Assembly: GCA_965235115.1 (NCBI GenBank)
Contig: OZ249448.1
Span: forward strand, 20,460,001 to 20,524,000
Source: Laetmonice hystrix
Taxonomy: Eukaryota
DNA: 64,000 nt
Direction: 5' to 3'
In this document: positions 36,401 through 46,619 of the stretch, piece after piece
How the letters are laid out: each line of letters begins with the position of its first letter
Position numbering within the stretch: the stretch's first letter is position 1
Notes under the pieces: generated by a model
Database searches by the model: none
What the model saw: the letters and a program-made list of their open reading frames with translations, nothing else
What the model was told of the DNA's origin: nothing
Translations under genes and position numbers: made by a program

Positions 36401-39400
36401 GGTACAATACACACACCGAGGACAAACAGTAAGTCCACATGAAAACGGTCCAGACCACTCTGCCTGGCCACTGTTTGTGGTACAATATGCTAGCCTGTCA
36501 CTAATATACACAATACCAGTGTACAATACACACACCAAGGACAAACAGTAAGTCCACATGAAAACGGTCCAGACCACTCTGCCTGGCCACTGTTTGTGGG
36601 ACAATATGCTAGCCTGTCACAATACCAGTGTGCCTTGAACCAGGCCGTGATTGAGGTACATGGTGTATTATTACACAACAATAGATGTGAAGTGGCCACT
36701 GGTGGGAGGGGGTCCACAGTCAGACAGCCAGCCTGCCATGTGAAACCTTCCACAGGGCCCGTCTCAGTCCACTTACCAAGTTTTAACATTTACTACACGA
36801 CACACGATTAGGGCTCTGCATGATTGAATTCTTGGTATAATTCTGATGACAGTCGTCGTTCCACACCCATGTGATCATATAGCACAGCCGTTTACATAAC
36901 CTCGTCCCTCTGGCTCTGAGGTCAGGGCTAGTATTAGTGTATGTAGTTTATGTACAGTACGGTCACACCTCGGGGCTCCAGCTGGGATCCCAACCCTGAC
37001 CTCGGAATCGGAGGAGGCCAGCTGGGATCCCAACCCTGACCTCGGAATCGGAGGAGGCCGTGTAGTGGGACAAGTACAAGCCTCCCCAGTCACATTCCTG
37101 AGCATGAATTGATAATCCCGTGAGTTTCTGAGACCACTAGGCGTCCCGACCGAATGACCTCATGTGAGACCCACCCCACCCCTCAACCCGCCACAGAAAC
37201 TAGTGAATCCGCGGGACTTCTTGAACTTGAAGGCTCCTTTAGAGTCTCCCCTCCACCTATCAGATTACACAACAATATACTGTGAATGTTCCTTTGAAAC
37301 TTGTGTGGTCACAGGAGGTGGCCCTGGTCTCCACATCCCCAGTATGTGACTGGGTGTGGGCAGGTCGACCAGGCAGATGGTCAGGCACGGACTCCCCTCC
37401 CACAACACACAAACACGCCCCCTCTGGTCCCACCGGGCCAGCCAAAGCCAGGCATCAATCTAGCTAATGGGGTATTCACCCCCCCCCCTCCTCCTTGACC
37501 AGATCATCCCCTTATTTCGAAAGTCCTGAGTCCGTCCACTAACAGATGGCAGCAGCTGTCGGGATGAGCAGCTGTCCTGCTGTCTGTGGTGACAATCGCA
37601 GGCTGATGAGACAAGGCGGTGCTTCACACTGCCGTCAGGTGGCACCACCAATCGGTGCCGGTTGTCCAAGGATTTAATGCCTACAGTTCCTATTGCATGG
37701 TGGGTATTATCATCCACAGGCTGCAATGCTTCCCCTTAAATAAACACTTATAATTCCATATATCCTCTCACACTCCCTGGGAAGAAATTAAGTTAAACTT
37801 AAGTTAATTAAATATATGTTGTACATAATTGAAAAGATTTGCCACCCTGAAGTCCTCATCTGACAGGTTGGTACAACACACAAATCTTTTTCCAAGCATA
37901 CTGATGATACTCTGCTTGCATGCTCGTTGTAATATATGCTGCAATGTAGACATCCATCTTCCTCAGATTGGGGTAAACAAATCAATGCCTGACTGTGATC
38001 ACTTCAGTGCATGACTGAGCGCATCAGCTGAGCTCGACCAGCCCCCTGTGTGAGTGGGACTGAAGGGGCACGGAATCCTTTATCTACACGCGCAGCCTGA
38101 TACATCTGGTATCACATCACAACCTGCTAATAGTGCTATCCTTTCAGGTTGCACCTGCAAGGTAATCTCTGTCATGCACTGTATTGAGAAGATATGTGCT
38201 GCTTGGGCACAGAAAGACTTTGGGATTTTTCCAGATAACCCAGTAGTTTTTCCACGACTGCAGAGTGATCTTAGCATGACAACCTTAATTTCAAACAGTA
38301 TTAACAATCTTGAACAACCTAGAGCTTTTTGAATGCTCACAACAGATGGAAGGAAGATTCCCCTGCCCCTGTCAGGCTGACAAATCAAGCAATCAAGTAA
38401 TCTTGGCTGTAATTCTCAGCTCACCTAATTACGATGGGTATACCTGACATAATAATGACAGACCCTGTACAATGAAAGCTGACGGCAGGCCTAAAGTTCT
38501 AAACCTTGGCTCTGGCCAAGTGTCTTTTAGTACAATACAGGGTGTCTCAAATTGTGATGATAACACTTATATAGTGAAATCAAAGTGGACAAAAGAAAGG
38601 ACCACATATACTCACATTGGTCGACCAAATTCGTCCCGCTCAATGGTCCTTTCTGAGACTCCCTCTTTGTCCATCAACATTTTTCGGAAAGTTGATACCT
38701 TTTCTTCCACTTCGTCCTGTGAATATCTGCAATATAACCAAGCCACATTCAGTTACTCTATAAAAGCTTGCCATCAGTCTTGGTTGTACATTAAATTTTA
38801 AACCACAGAATCCTTTATAAATATTCCAGCTGCCTTGAATCCATCCCAATCTAATTACCCTGCATTTCTCAGTTATTGAGTGGAGTGTCGAAGGTTACAG
38901 TGCTGCCCCCTGGTTTATAACTAATTAGCACACGCCTGGCTGCTCCCAGCGTGTGTTATAGGCCCAAAACCGTGAAATTATTAGAGCCATAATTCACGGG
39001 TATGACGCGTCATGAATTGACCAATCGGAGAGGGTGCTCATTCGAATTCATTGTGTTTGCCTGTCCTCGCTTCAAGGTTGTCAATAGGTAGAACTAGCAA
39101 CTAATGGAGTGTTAATGGCTGAGACTTCGCAGTTGTTATAGAATTACGAGAAGAAACTCGTCTGTATAGTTCAGTTGGGTCGTTTCGATTCGATATGCCC
39201 ACAGCGAACTCTGTTTACATCGTTTAAATGACGCGCCGAGTCCATTTGCCTAGTAGAGGGGATGGCGCTATTGCTGAATGCATGGCCTTAATGTTCCGTC
39301 CAATCAGAAAGCTCCTTTTATAGGCTCGCTAAGTCAATGAAAGTCACGTGATAACGATCGACCAATAGTGAAGCGTGGTACAAATCGGCCGGTTCAAAGG

Positions 39401-40233
39401 TCATTGTGGGAGGCCCCCCCGACCTCAGATTGTAAACAAGATGTGGTGGCCACAGTTGCTGAATGAAATCGCCGGTAAAAGCTCAACTGGGTGTAGTTTT
39501 GGCACTGTTTGAATTGTTTATAGTTATAGGTTGTGTGCTAAAGTAAATAAAGCACTGCCAGAGCCAGTCTCGACGTTGTTCTGGCGATATAATGCACTCG
39601 CCTTCGGCTCGTGCATTATTTCGCCATAACAACGTCTCGACTGGCTCTGACAGTGCTTTATCCACTAAACATTGCATGGCCTTCCCTCCATATCCGCTGC
39701 CTGTCGTCTGATGGGTCCATTTCCCACAGTTACATGAGCATTGGTGGCTTGAACTAAAAAGGTATCAAGTACTCAAACTTAACCCCAATCCCTAACTGGT
39801 GACCATCAGACCTCTCCAAATCCAATTCCTATCTCTAGCACCTATTCTATTAACCTAACCCCCCACCCCATAACCTTTCAATGTATACAGTTTGAACACA
39901 ATGCACATATCCAGTACTGTCTAGGTCCAGTCTCACCTGATAGCTCATAGTCTGTTTCATATGGTTAGGTTTCCGAACAGGATTGAACACTTACCCTTGT
40001 TCCAACATAAGCTCTTGCATCTCAATGCACTTGAGCTCCACTTTGCGTTTTCGTTCATGATCCAAGATTTCCTGGTTTGGCTTCTTGTTGAGTTGAGCAT
40101 CGAGTTTCTTGAGCTCCTCTTCTGACTTGTAATCCACCTTATCTTTGTGGTGTCGGATGAAGGAGAGATTTCTCTGAACATACCCGTTTGTCCCGCTGCC
40201 ACGGGCCGTGTCCAGCCCAATACCATTGTACAT
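1..40233 (-). CDS. SRRM2: Serine/arginine repetitive matrix protein 2 family (Cwc21 domain; invertebrate Srrm234-type), spliced, 3' end extends beyond window start
   Basis: Coding exons (minus, all GT-AG): 40233-39995 (MYNGIGLDTARGSGTNGYVQRNLS...KRKVELKCIEMQELMLEQG, the diagnostic Cwc21/SRRM2 N-terminus), 38726-38616 (YSQDEVEEKVSTFRKMLMDK), 23533-23366 (KETHQVAEANQEKNAKLHEAFGLSPFYVDGSSFDP), 19157-19077 (IVRSSSSRSPSPPAKKKKKK), 16716-16645, 8640-8584, 5012-4887, 4753-4484, 4240-4175 (RDVSPVIRPAPRHDTPSPSPPR), 409-<1 (RS-rich). The frame is continuous across all junctions, all in phase 2. Confidence 0.93.
973..995 (-). other. Candidate 23-nt frameshifting microexon of SRRM2
   Basis: Minus strand reads ggtttctttgttttcctagcatttcag|GCTGGAAACGTTAGTACAACATG|gtaagg, giving a strong pyrimidine tract and a consensus donor. 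No expression data. Confidence 0.5.
2118..2558. mobile_element. Palindromic MITE with TTAA target site and AGGG termini (Kolobok-like non-autonomous DNA transposon)
   Basis: TTAA|AGGGAGGGAAAACCCACACGGCAAATAAGG ... CCTTATTTGCCGTGTGGGTTTCCCTCCCT|TTAA. The imperfect inverted arms are about 170 bp. TTAA with purine-purine termini is the Kolobok pattern, whereas piggyBac starts CCC. Confidence 0.75.
2630..2639 (-). other. Candidate 10-nt stop-codon microexon of SRRM2
   Basis: Minus strand reads gctaacc...cgtatgtttgtgtttcag|GTAGTAAAAG|gtaagg. After the phase-2 upstream exon it translates as (CG)G TAG TAA. Confidence 0.55.
8798..9122. repeat. 25-bp minisatellite, about 12-13 copies
   Basis: Unit GCTGAGCAACACTGTCCCTGCATGG repeated head to tail. 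Confidence 0.95.
14520..15720. repeat. 43-bp minisatellite built from GACC/GACT tetramers, with degenerate ends
   Basis: Core unit CAGCTGACTGGACCGACCGACTGATCGGACAGTCTGACTGCAC (period 43, e.g. 15001 to 15044). Confidence 0.95.
16233..16296. repeat. 21-bp tandem repeat, about 3 copies
   Basis: TTTAGATACTTATATGTAAAC-like unit. Confidence 0.8.
18111..18275. repeat. 36-bp minisatellite, about 4.5 copies
   Basis: Unit CCTCCATCCCCTAGTCTGTCCTTGTCTGGACCAATA. Confidence 0.9.
19828..21612. repeat. 30-bp minisatellite (roughly 55 units) interrupted by a 17-bp deletion variant
   Basis: Unit ACCCTGGGGTACCAACTACCCCTACCACCG, with variant GCCCTGGAGTCCCACCG. The unit lacks stop codons, which explains the long ORFs in the track. 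Confidence 0.97.
22838..23180. repeat. 45-bp minisatellite, about 7-8 copies, each with TGACGTCA
   Basis: Unit TTAGTGACGTCAGACATATGGATCCTGTTTAGGACTTGAGTCTGG. Confidence 0.95.
24445..25465. repeat. 113/117-bp tandem repeat, about 9 copies
   Basis: GG(T/C)TGGCCGTGGAG starts at 24541, 24654, 24771, 24888, 25001, 25118, 25231 and 25348. Confidence 0.95.
26874..26990. repeat. About 22-bp degenerate tandem repeat
   Basis: Recurrent GTTATATATTTCTAC. Confidence 0.75.
27350..27408. repeat. 15-bp tandem repeat x4 containing CCACGTGG
   Basis: CCACGTGG at 27353, 27368, 27383 and 27398. Confidence 0.9.
27503..27598. repeat. 37/38-bp tandem repeat, about 2.5 copies
   Basis: ACATTCTGTCAGTATTCACTGCCAACAGTCAGCAGC repeated. 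Confidence 0.85.
28318..29143. repeat. 23/24-bp minisatellite, about 35 copies
   Basis: Unit GGTCACAGAACGATTCCCAGGGCC with single-base deletion variants. Confidence 0.97.
30530..30752. repeat. 31-bp minisatellite, about 7 copies
   Basis: Unit AGTCAGACCAGCAGATAGATATCTGTAGTAA. Confidence 0.9.
31250..31875. repeat. (GACT)n microsatellite plus about 100-bp GACT-rich tandem units flanking an assembly gap
   Basis: (GACT)n runs up to 31369, and the unit GACTGAGAGATTGACTGATAGTCTGCGCTAATACCG occurs x3 from 31556. Confidence 0.9.
31370..31555. other. Assembly gap (N run)
   Basis: Contiguous N bases. Confidence 1.
32226..32291. repeat. 10-bp tandem repeat (GTACGGTTCG)n, about 6 copies
   Basis: Direct reading of the sequence. 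Confidence 0.95.
33385..33853. repeat. 96-bp tandem repeat, about 5 copies
   Basis: AAGTAAACGTC at 33396, 33492, 33588, 33684 and 33780. Confidence 0.95.
34785..35515. repeat. About 26-bp degenerate minisatellite
   Basis: Unit GGACACTGACTGTTCATCATATTCTG with length variants. Confidence 0.92.
36040..36625. repeat. 117/119-bp tandem repeat, about 5 copies
   Basis: GGACAAACAGTAAGTCCAC at 36067, 36184, 36303, 36420 and 36539. Confidence 0.95.
36978..37058. repeat. 40-bp direct duplication
   Basis: CCAGCTGGGATCCCAACCCTGACCTCGGAATCGGAGGAGG x2. Confidence 0.9.
39548..39660. mobile_element. Long hairpin, probably the core of a non-autonomous foldback element (resembles CryptonV-type palindromic repeats)
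   Basis: The 50-bp arms TAAAGCACTG...ATAATGCAC / GTGCATTAT...CAGTGCTTTA have 5 mismatches around the loop TCGCCTTCGGCTC. The family assignment is from recollection only. Confidence 0.5.
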
Positions 40234-42776
40234 CTTGTCACTACTGGTTTAGCCCGCGTTCAAACCTGACCAGACACAATATAAACAAACCACCAAGTCA
40301 AATACACAAAAAGTGCAGTTTTATGTAGACAGCAGTTTCTCAAATATACAGAACAGTGTGTACATGTATGGTTTATCAAGAATAAAAACAAAATGAACTT
40401 ATAAACTCTAAGTATCAAATCTAAGACCCAAAGCGTTCTTACACAGCATTCAGATCCAAACGGCAAACCACACTGGCATTGGGTACACAAGTGAGACCAA
40501 TGTTCCTATATAAATGTTGTTTGAATAACAAACTTACATTACTACATCCAAACACTAATTTCTGAAGTCTACAGTACCCTGAATCCCTGATTCTCAATCT
40601 ATTGGTGAACGCTGCTCCAGTAATCGCTCTGTGTAAATTGTACTGAATTGTACATGAGAATGACCACACAAAGGTTATATTTATAAATATGTTGAGCACA
40701 CACAAAGGACAGTTCTTCTCTTGACTCCATCCAGGGACTGTGAACATGGAATCCAGATGGTATATCTGTGCTGGGACAGAGACTGTAATCAATGTCTACC
40801 TGGTCATCCTACTGTACCTGGTTGAAAGCGAGAGGCCTGCCTAATCGCCCTCTGCCCCAGTTCCTCTCTCACCCCCTCCCCCACCACCACAACCAGCCCC
40901 CCACCCCACCTGACAGGTGCCGGTACACCCCTGGGGGTCAGTAAGCTGATTTAGCCATGCATGCAGCCCTGCTGGCCGAGCAAACCAGGCCTACTCCCAC
41001 TGTGTCTGATCAATACCCCAATCAATACTGGACGGTCTGTCGGCGGCCGCCTCCACCAACATCCAACCACGGTATGGATGGTGGGGGCCACACACAGGCT
41101 CACAGAAGTCCCGCTAGTAGAACAATACTTCACCACCCCAATAGACCATTTTCCGAACTACTACTAGCGCCACCTACAAGCTCCCTAGCGACGCCAAAGT
41201 CGGTGCAAGCGCACCGCGTTGCTAGCGCTTGGGCAATAGCGAGCAATGAAGAAAGGGGTGTTGAGCAAATCTGGGATTTTGAGTTTCTCCGTGTCAATAT
41301 GAGCAGTTCGGGGTGGCCAGATTAATAAAACAATGGGGGTGATACAATACAGTCAGTTGGAATCTCGGTAACAGGCAGAAATAAGTTTTAATCGTGGTGT
41401 GAAGTTGAACGGTCGGAACTTTGACTTGAGCGATATTAGCAACATCGAGACACCTGACAGTCGAAAACATTTCGATACTGACCATTAATGCCAGGTAACA
41501 AGCACTGTTGGTATGGAACATGTGCAAGTCACAGTAAATGGGGCAGGAAACAGTAAATCAAGGCCATCCATGGATGATGTCAGTTTTTTTACCTTCCCCG
41601 GACCCGTGCGACAGAGAGGAGGGCTATAGGCCTACAACCCGTAGATCTCTACCCTATGTAAAATTCCCCTCATAGGGGGCCTACATATGTAAAACTATCG
41701 TAATAGGCCTAGGCCCTAAAAATATTTGCCCGTCTAAATCTCCCGCAATGTGTAAAAATTCTGCCCGTATGTAAAAAATCTTCGTTCTCCCAGTATGTAA
41801 CATTCTGCCTATATGCTATGTAAAATTGATTTTTACCCGTATATAGGCTAATATAGGCCTATGTATGTAAAATATCTCCCCTTAAAAGTTAAATGAAAAA
41901 AAATTAGGCTACTGACGAATAGGCCTAGACTCCCCTATATAAATCAACAGCTGGTTGCTGCCTCAATAAAAATACATTTTAAATTAATAAACTAATAGCT
42001 AATTTGTTTTGGTCATGATGGCATGCCGCAAACGAAAAGCTCCTGGTGAACGGCTACCCCTTGGCCTTGCACCTAAACAAGCGCCCCGGCCACCCGCGGC
42101 GCTTGACCCCCGGCAGACCAGTCAGCCGGACCGTGTATGTCAGCCAGGCTGCTGTCGATCGGCAGTTCGAGGTCCCAAACACAACTTGATAACTCTACCA
42201 GTGACGCTTTATTATACCCAGAAATAGTCACACCGCGTTCTTGGAGGGATGATCGTAGTCGGGGGCCGGTCCAAGTTTCGAAATATTCTATTCTGCAAGG
42301 TTTTGTGAGCAGTTCAAAATTAGCTCTCTCGAGTGATTGTCCATAGGTTAACTATGGCGGACATCGGTCGTCAACTAGGCGCTTGCACCGAGTTTCAAAA
42401 CGAGGCAGCATAGCAACCGGCAACGGAAAACGGTCTATTAGCCCACTACATAACAGCCTTCCAGCTCAGAAAAGCAAGTCCCTACCAACATATATGTCAT
42501 TGTCCAGAGGTGGACTGAAGGGTGGAGGTGGCACACAAGTTTTCCTATGCTTGATGCACTGTGGATTCATAAATATGTTAGTTGAAACCTATTTTTTCAG
42601 CAGCCTAAAGATGTATCTTCACCGGACGCGTGCGACGCGAGTAATGGAAATGAATGGAGCCATCTGCACTGGCCGCGCGCGACATTTTCTGTGACGCGCG
42701 CATTAAGACACAGATAGGATCTGGTTCTATTTCGATATCACGACACACGCGTCCATTGAGGATACAACTTTTAAAA

Positions 42777-42898
42777 CTTACATTCTACCACTCCTAGCCG
42801 TGCACTCCCTATAGAGAATAATGAATCAACACCGTGCCGTTGGTCTCGAGACCAACGGCACGGTAAAAGCGACCAAGAGCACGGTTAGAGGTTGTAAG
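42777..42898. mobile_element. Small foldback element with a perfect 34-bp central palindrome
   Basis: ACCGTGCCGTTGGTCTCGAGACCAACGGCACGGT at 42831-42864, with imperfect outer arms CTTACA..TAGCCGTGC / GCACGGTTAG..TGTAAG. Confidence 0.6.
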
Positions 42899-43843
42899 AA
42901 AGAACGTGATTGGTTCAGAATCTATTTATTTATGCTGACACAATCACAATACCGACGACACAATTACTAACAAAATTTTGTGAGAGCTTCACAATTAGAC
43001 TGATATTAACCACTGAGGTGGCGCCTTTCCTAACGTGCTCGAAATGCACTGCCACTTATAAACACGGTCGTAATGTAGAGCTTATAAACTCGGTCAGCCT
43101 TTTTTTCTGATATTTGAGGTACCGTATTATTTATGAAATAAAAAGATATGGTATTGTCATGATAGAACAGGGTTTAAACATGATTTTTGGTGTGTGGCCC
43201 CAGATCACAGCACTCGGACCTCGACGTTCCGTCTCGCCACTCTCGGTCCTCGTGCTGTGATCTGGGGCCACACACTGAAAATCATGTTTAAACCCTTAGT
43301 CAAAGGTGGCAGGTGCCCTCTTGGCAACCCCTTCATGGGGAGCCATGTCACAGAAATGAATTCTTGGCTAGTATGTTTTTTTGACATTGTTCAGAGTTTA
43401 GACACTGATCAATACTCTACTAAAACGCTATGACTGTGCACTCGGCGTAACGGTTCAAATTTGGATTGATGGGGGAAGGGTGAATTCACTATGTTGAACT
43501 CTTTGAATTTGCATATCATATTAATTGAATTATATTTTGGGCATACGATCCCCACCTGGAGGGCATTATGACTGGTCCTTTAGCCGTATTAGAGAGGATT
43601 CCGGGGTGGTGCAGGGGTTAGAACCCGGGATCTTTATCTAAAAGTTCTTACCTGTGCTGTTCTATGGACCTGTGTTGATGCAAAGCACTGGAAATATGTT
43701 CTTTTGGTTCTGAGAATTCTGCAAATAATGAAGAAAACAAGGTAACATTTTAATGGGGTTGTCACAAAAATAACCACATGTATATCATAATTTCTACATT
43801 GTAAACAGCTGAAATGAAAGCAAAAATATTTAATCCGTAATAA

Positions 43844-43907
43844 AATACTGAAGCCTAGATTTCTGTCTTGCCTCATGAGGCAAGACAGAAATCTAGGATT
43901 CAGTATT
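43844..43907. repeat. 64-bp spacer-less near-perfect palindrome
   Basis: AATACTGAAGCCTAGATTTCTGTCTTGCCTCA|TGAGGCAAGACAGAAATCTAGGATTCAGTATT, one mismatched pair. Confidence 0.95.
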
Positions 43908-44049
43908 AAGTCAGGGTTAGAGCTAGGCCAGGCCATCTTCTAGTCAGATTTTCGCCACCTGTGCCGTTAATTCACCAAATCCAGTCACTCTTTGCTATTA
44001 ATTTTATAGAGTGCAGGGAGAGAGTGGGCAGAGCTAGCCCTGTTTTCTG

Positions 44050-44183
44050 GGGCTCATTTCACTAAGACTGTACGAGCTCGTATATGGCCGTATAGCTCGT
44101 AAACAAGGAAAAACTCATACCTTTTGCTATTGTGATCTATAGAAAATATGAGGTCGTAAAATTGTGTTTAGTGAAACGGTCCC
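44050..44183. mobile_element. PIF/Harbinger-like MITE
   Basis: CTG|GGGCTCATTTCACTAA ... TTAGTGAAACGGTCCC|CTG, with a 3-bp target duplication CTG. Confidence 0.65.
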
Positions 44184-44413
44184 CTGGCTTGCATAGGTTG
44201 CCAATCACTTTTTACTCTCATAATACACATAATCATACACATATCAAAACTTTTCTGGGGGAATGCCCCCAGACCTCCAGCGAGAGTGGGGTTCTTCCTC
44301 CCACCGTGAGTCCCACGGCACCCCCGGCCAAGGTGGGCCGGCGTGGTACCGACCTGTGGATGTCATGCTGCACCAAGGCCGCCTCCTACTTGTCAACTTC
44401 CCCTTAGAAGTAC

Positions 44414-44738
44414 CAGGGGCGGATCCAGGATTTTCGGTGAGGGGGGCCAAAGTTAGCTGAAATTTGGTGTTGTACCAATATGACGGGCGCCAGCCGGTGG
44501 GTGATATTCCCGGTGCACAGTTGTATATCGAAATCGGCCGCCGCTCGAAATCGGCCGCGCGTAAGTTACAGGCGGCCGTACTTGCCCAGGGCCTAGGCAG
44601 ACCATATTCCCTCCCACCGGCGGGGTCTGGGGGCCTCCCTTAGAAAACTTTGAAAAAAGGATGCAATTTGGTACATTAGAAAAATTTTAGGGGGGCCCAT
44701 GCTTTTACCCCCCCCCCCCCACCTTGGATCTGCCACTG
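44414..44738. mobile_element. MITE-like element with CAGGGGCGGATCC termini
   Basis: Starts CAGGGGCGGATCCAGG and ends GGATCTGCCACTG, with an internal poly-C run. No clear target duplication. Confidence 0.55.
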
Positions 44739-44968
44739 AGTAGGCCCCTACTACTTGGTCTTTTTTCTTATTGAAAACCCTAATAGCCTATAATAAGACT
44801 CTGCTATCAAAACCATGAGAAGAGTAAGTTATACTCTGACGAAGACTCGTGATAAGTAGGGACGCTGGGAGAGGGGGGAGGGGGAGTGGGCGAGAGATGT
44901 GAGGTGTGAAAACGACCGTGAAACCCGACGGCCCGAGTAGACGAGGTCGGTCTTCGATTCGTACTCAC

Positions 44969-45100
44969 CCGCGTCCACGTCGACTGTACCTCACCAACCA
45001 CAGTATCCATGCTCACAATCAGACCATACACACCTCGGCCTATCAGTAATCTCAAAATCTTAGAAGACTTCACTGCCATGATACATCATGTCATGTGTGA
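44969..45100 (-). other. Candidate non-coding first exon of SRRM2
   Basis: Consensus donor CGCGG|GTGAGT at 44969/44968. The ATG exon has its own acceptor (tgtctggtcag| at 40266/40265), so an upstream exon is required. The 5' end is not defined. Confidence 0.45.
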
Positions 45101-45339
45101 AATGATGTAGTCTGTAGTCTTGTCTAATCCCTTGTCATCTTCACCGTTTAAAATCCACTCGACATTGTGTATTGTAGGAAACCCCATTGTTTTCGCCAAA
45201 ACCTTGGCGTAAGCTTGTAATAACTTACATACAGTTTGTTAACTGCCTAAAGGTTATTTGCAGATATTAAGATTTGTACAAACCTTCAGCGTTTTGTCTG
45301 CATCCTTAATTTTCTGTAATCATTATTCCTCGGATGGCA

Positions 45340-45430
45340 CAGAAAAATGGAGTACGTCACATCTGCGCATGTTTTCACCTTCTTCATAGGTGGCGCTGCG
45401 GCGCACTTCCGGCTCGTGTGGCACGGCCTC
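45340..45430 (-). promoter_or_regulatory. Candidate SRRM2 promoter
   Basis: CpG-rich patch with an ETS-type CCGGAAGT (plus-strand ACTTCCGG near 45406) and an NRF1-like TGCGCATG, upstream of the candidate first exon. Confidence 0.4.
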
Positions 45431-46148
45431 ATTAAAATATAGGTCAGGGCCAGCCAAAACAAGTAGAGTTTTATTTTGGGGAAAAAGTCTCGTCCTTTAT
45501 TCCATACCTTTTTTTTCTCAAGGGTAACATTTAACCCATGTATTTATCACGATATTAAAACAATATATGCAGCTGACAAAGTGAAATAAAATATTAAAAG
45601 CTATCAGAAGCAGAAACTATAGTCTCCAGAAACTAGAGCAAGTTGGGTAGGGGAGTTTTTAACTTCCATGCCTGTTCTTCACTTCTTGTTAACCCCCTGC
45701 CCCCCCCCCCCCCTTAGATGCTAAAAGAAATATAGTTTTAAGCTTTCTAGCACAGAACACACACGGAAAATTGTCATGGGGGGAAAACAAAATTTCATGA
45801 AAAGTAATTTTATTGGTCAAAATATATTACACAAAACCATCAGCCATCATACTTCTGGCAGATTTTCAGCGAGCACCTAATCCTAAAATGCCTGACTTTC
45901 CACACAGGACCAAAATGACAGGTCCATGCATGTGCTCTACTCGCAGTTGAGAAATTTGCAGCCCGTTTGGCATCAGAAAATATACTTTGGAAAAACCAGT
46001 GGTGTTTGTAAAAACACGATAGTTTGTCAAATGAATCACATACATCTAATCATTTATCTAATGAGAACATATAATTTAGTTTATTATAATATTTTGAATA
46101 CAAAAGTGAGAACTGTCTAATTGAAAGGCTTTTAACAGGTTAGAATAA

Positions 46149-46619
46149 CAGGGTGCCCAGCAGTTTACACAAAAAATATTATGGGAATACATGTATCAGA
46201 ATTATCAAACCATAATTATAGAAATATATAGGAGCAATTTCATTTTATAGGCGATTATAGCAAGATCGAGGTACATGGTAGCTTCTAAAATGGCAAATAA
46301 TAACCACATTTGTATTAATTCAAGAATGCCTCCACCATCCCTCACCATCACCATAGACAAAAACGAGTATCAATTACAAACAGCAAAATGTGTTTTAATT
46401 TAACATTACTTCAAATGGATAATCAGCTTTTAATAATAATAATTTGAATTGAATCTATGCTTCCACAATGAAAATTGTCACCAGCACGGGTAGGCCTACA
46501 AAGGCTTACAGAAACGTTCAAATATAGAAATTTATAGGAATTTTCTCGAAATATAGGAACTCAGGATGGCAAGAAAAATATAGCAATTTATAGGAACTAT
46601 AGGAGTGCTGGGCACCCTG
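46149..46619. mobile_element. MITE with 14-bp terminal inverted repeats
   Basis: CAGGGTGCCCAGCA ... TGCTGGGCACCCTG, with internal ATATAGGAA-like subrepeats. Confidence 0.7.

Noticed and set aside
19828-37058. CRISPR-like appearance of hairpin-containing short repeats
   Set aside because: Units are directly adjacent with no unique spacers, no cas genes are present, and the context is eukaryotic introns.
39780-39870. CCTAAC/CCCTAA-like words suggesting interstitial telomeric repeat
   Set aside because: Only scattered single imperfect units, not a tandem TTAGGG array.
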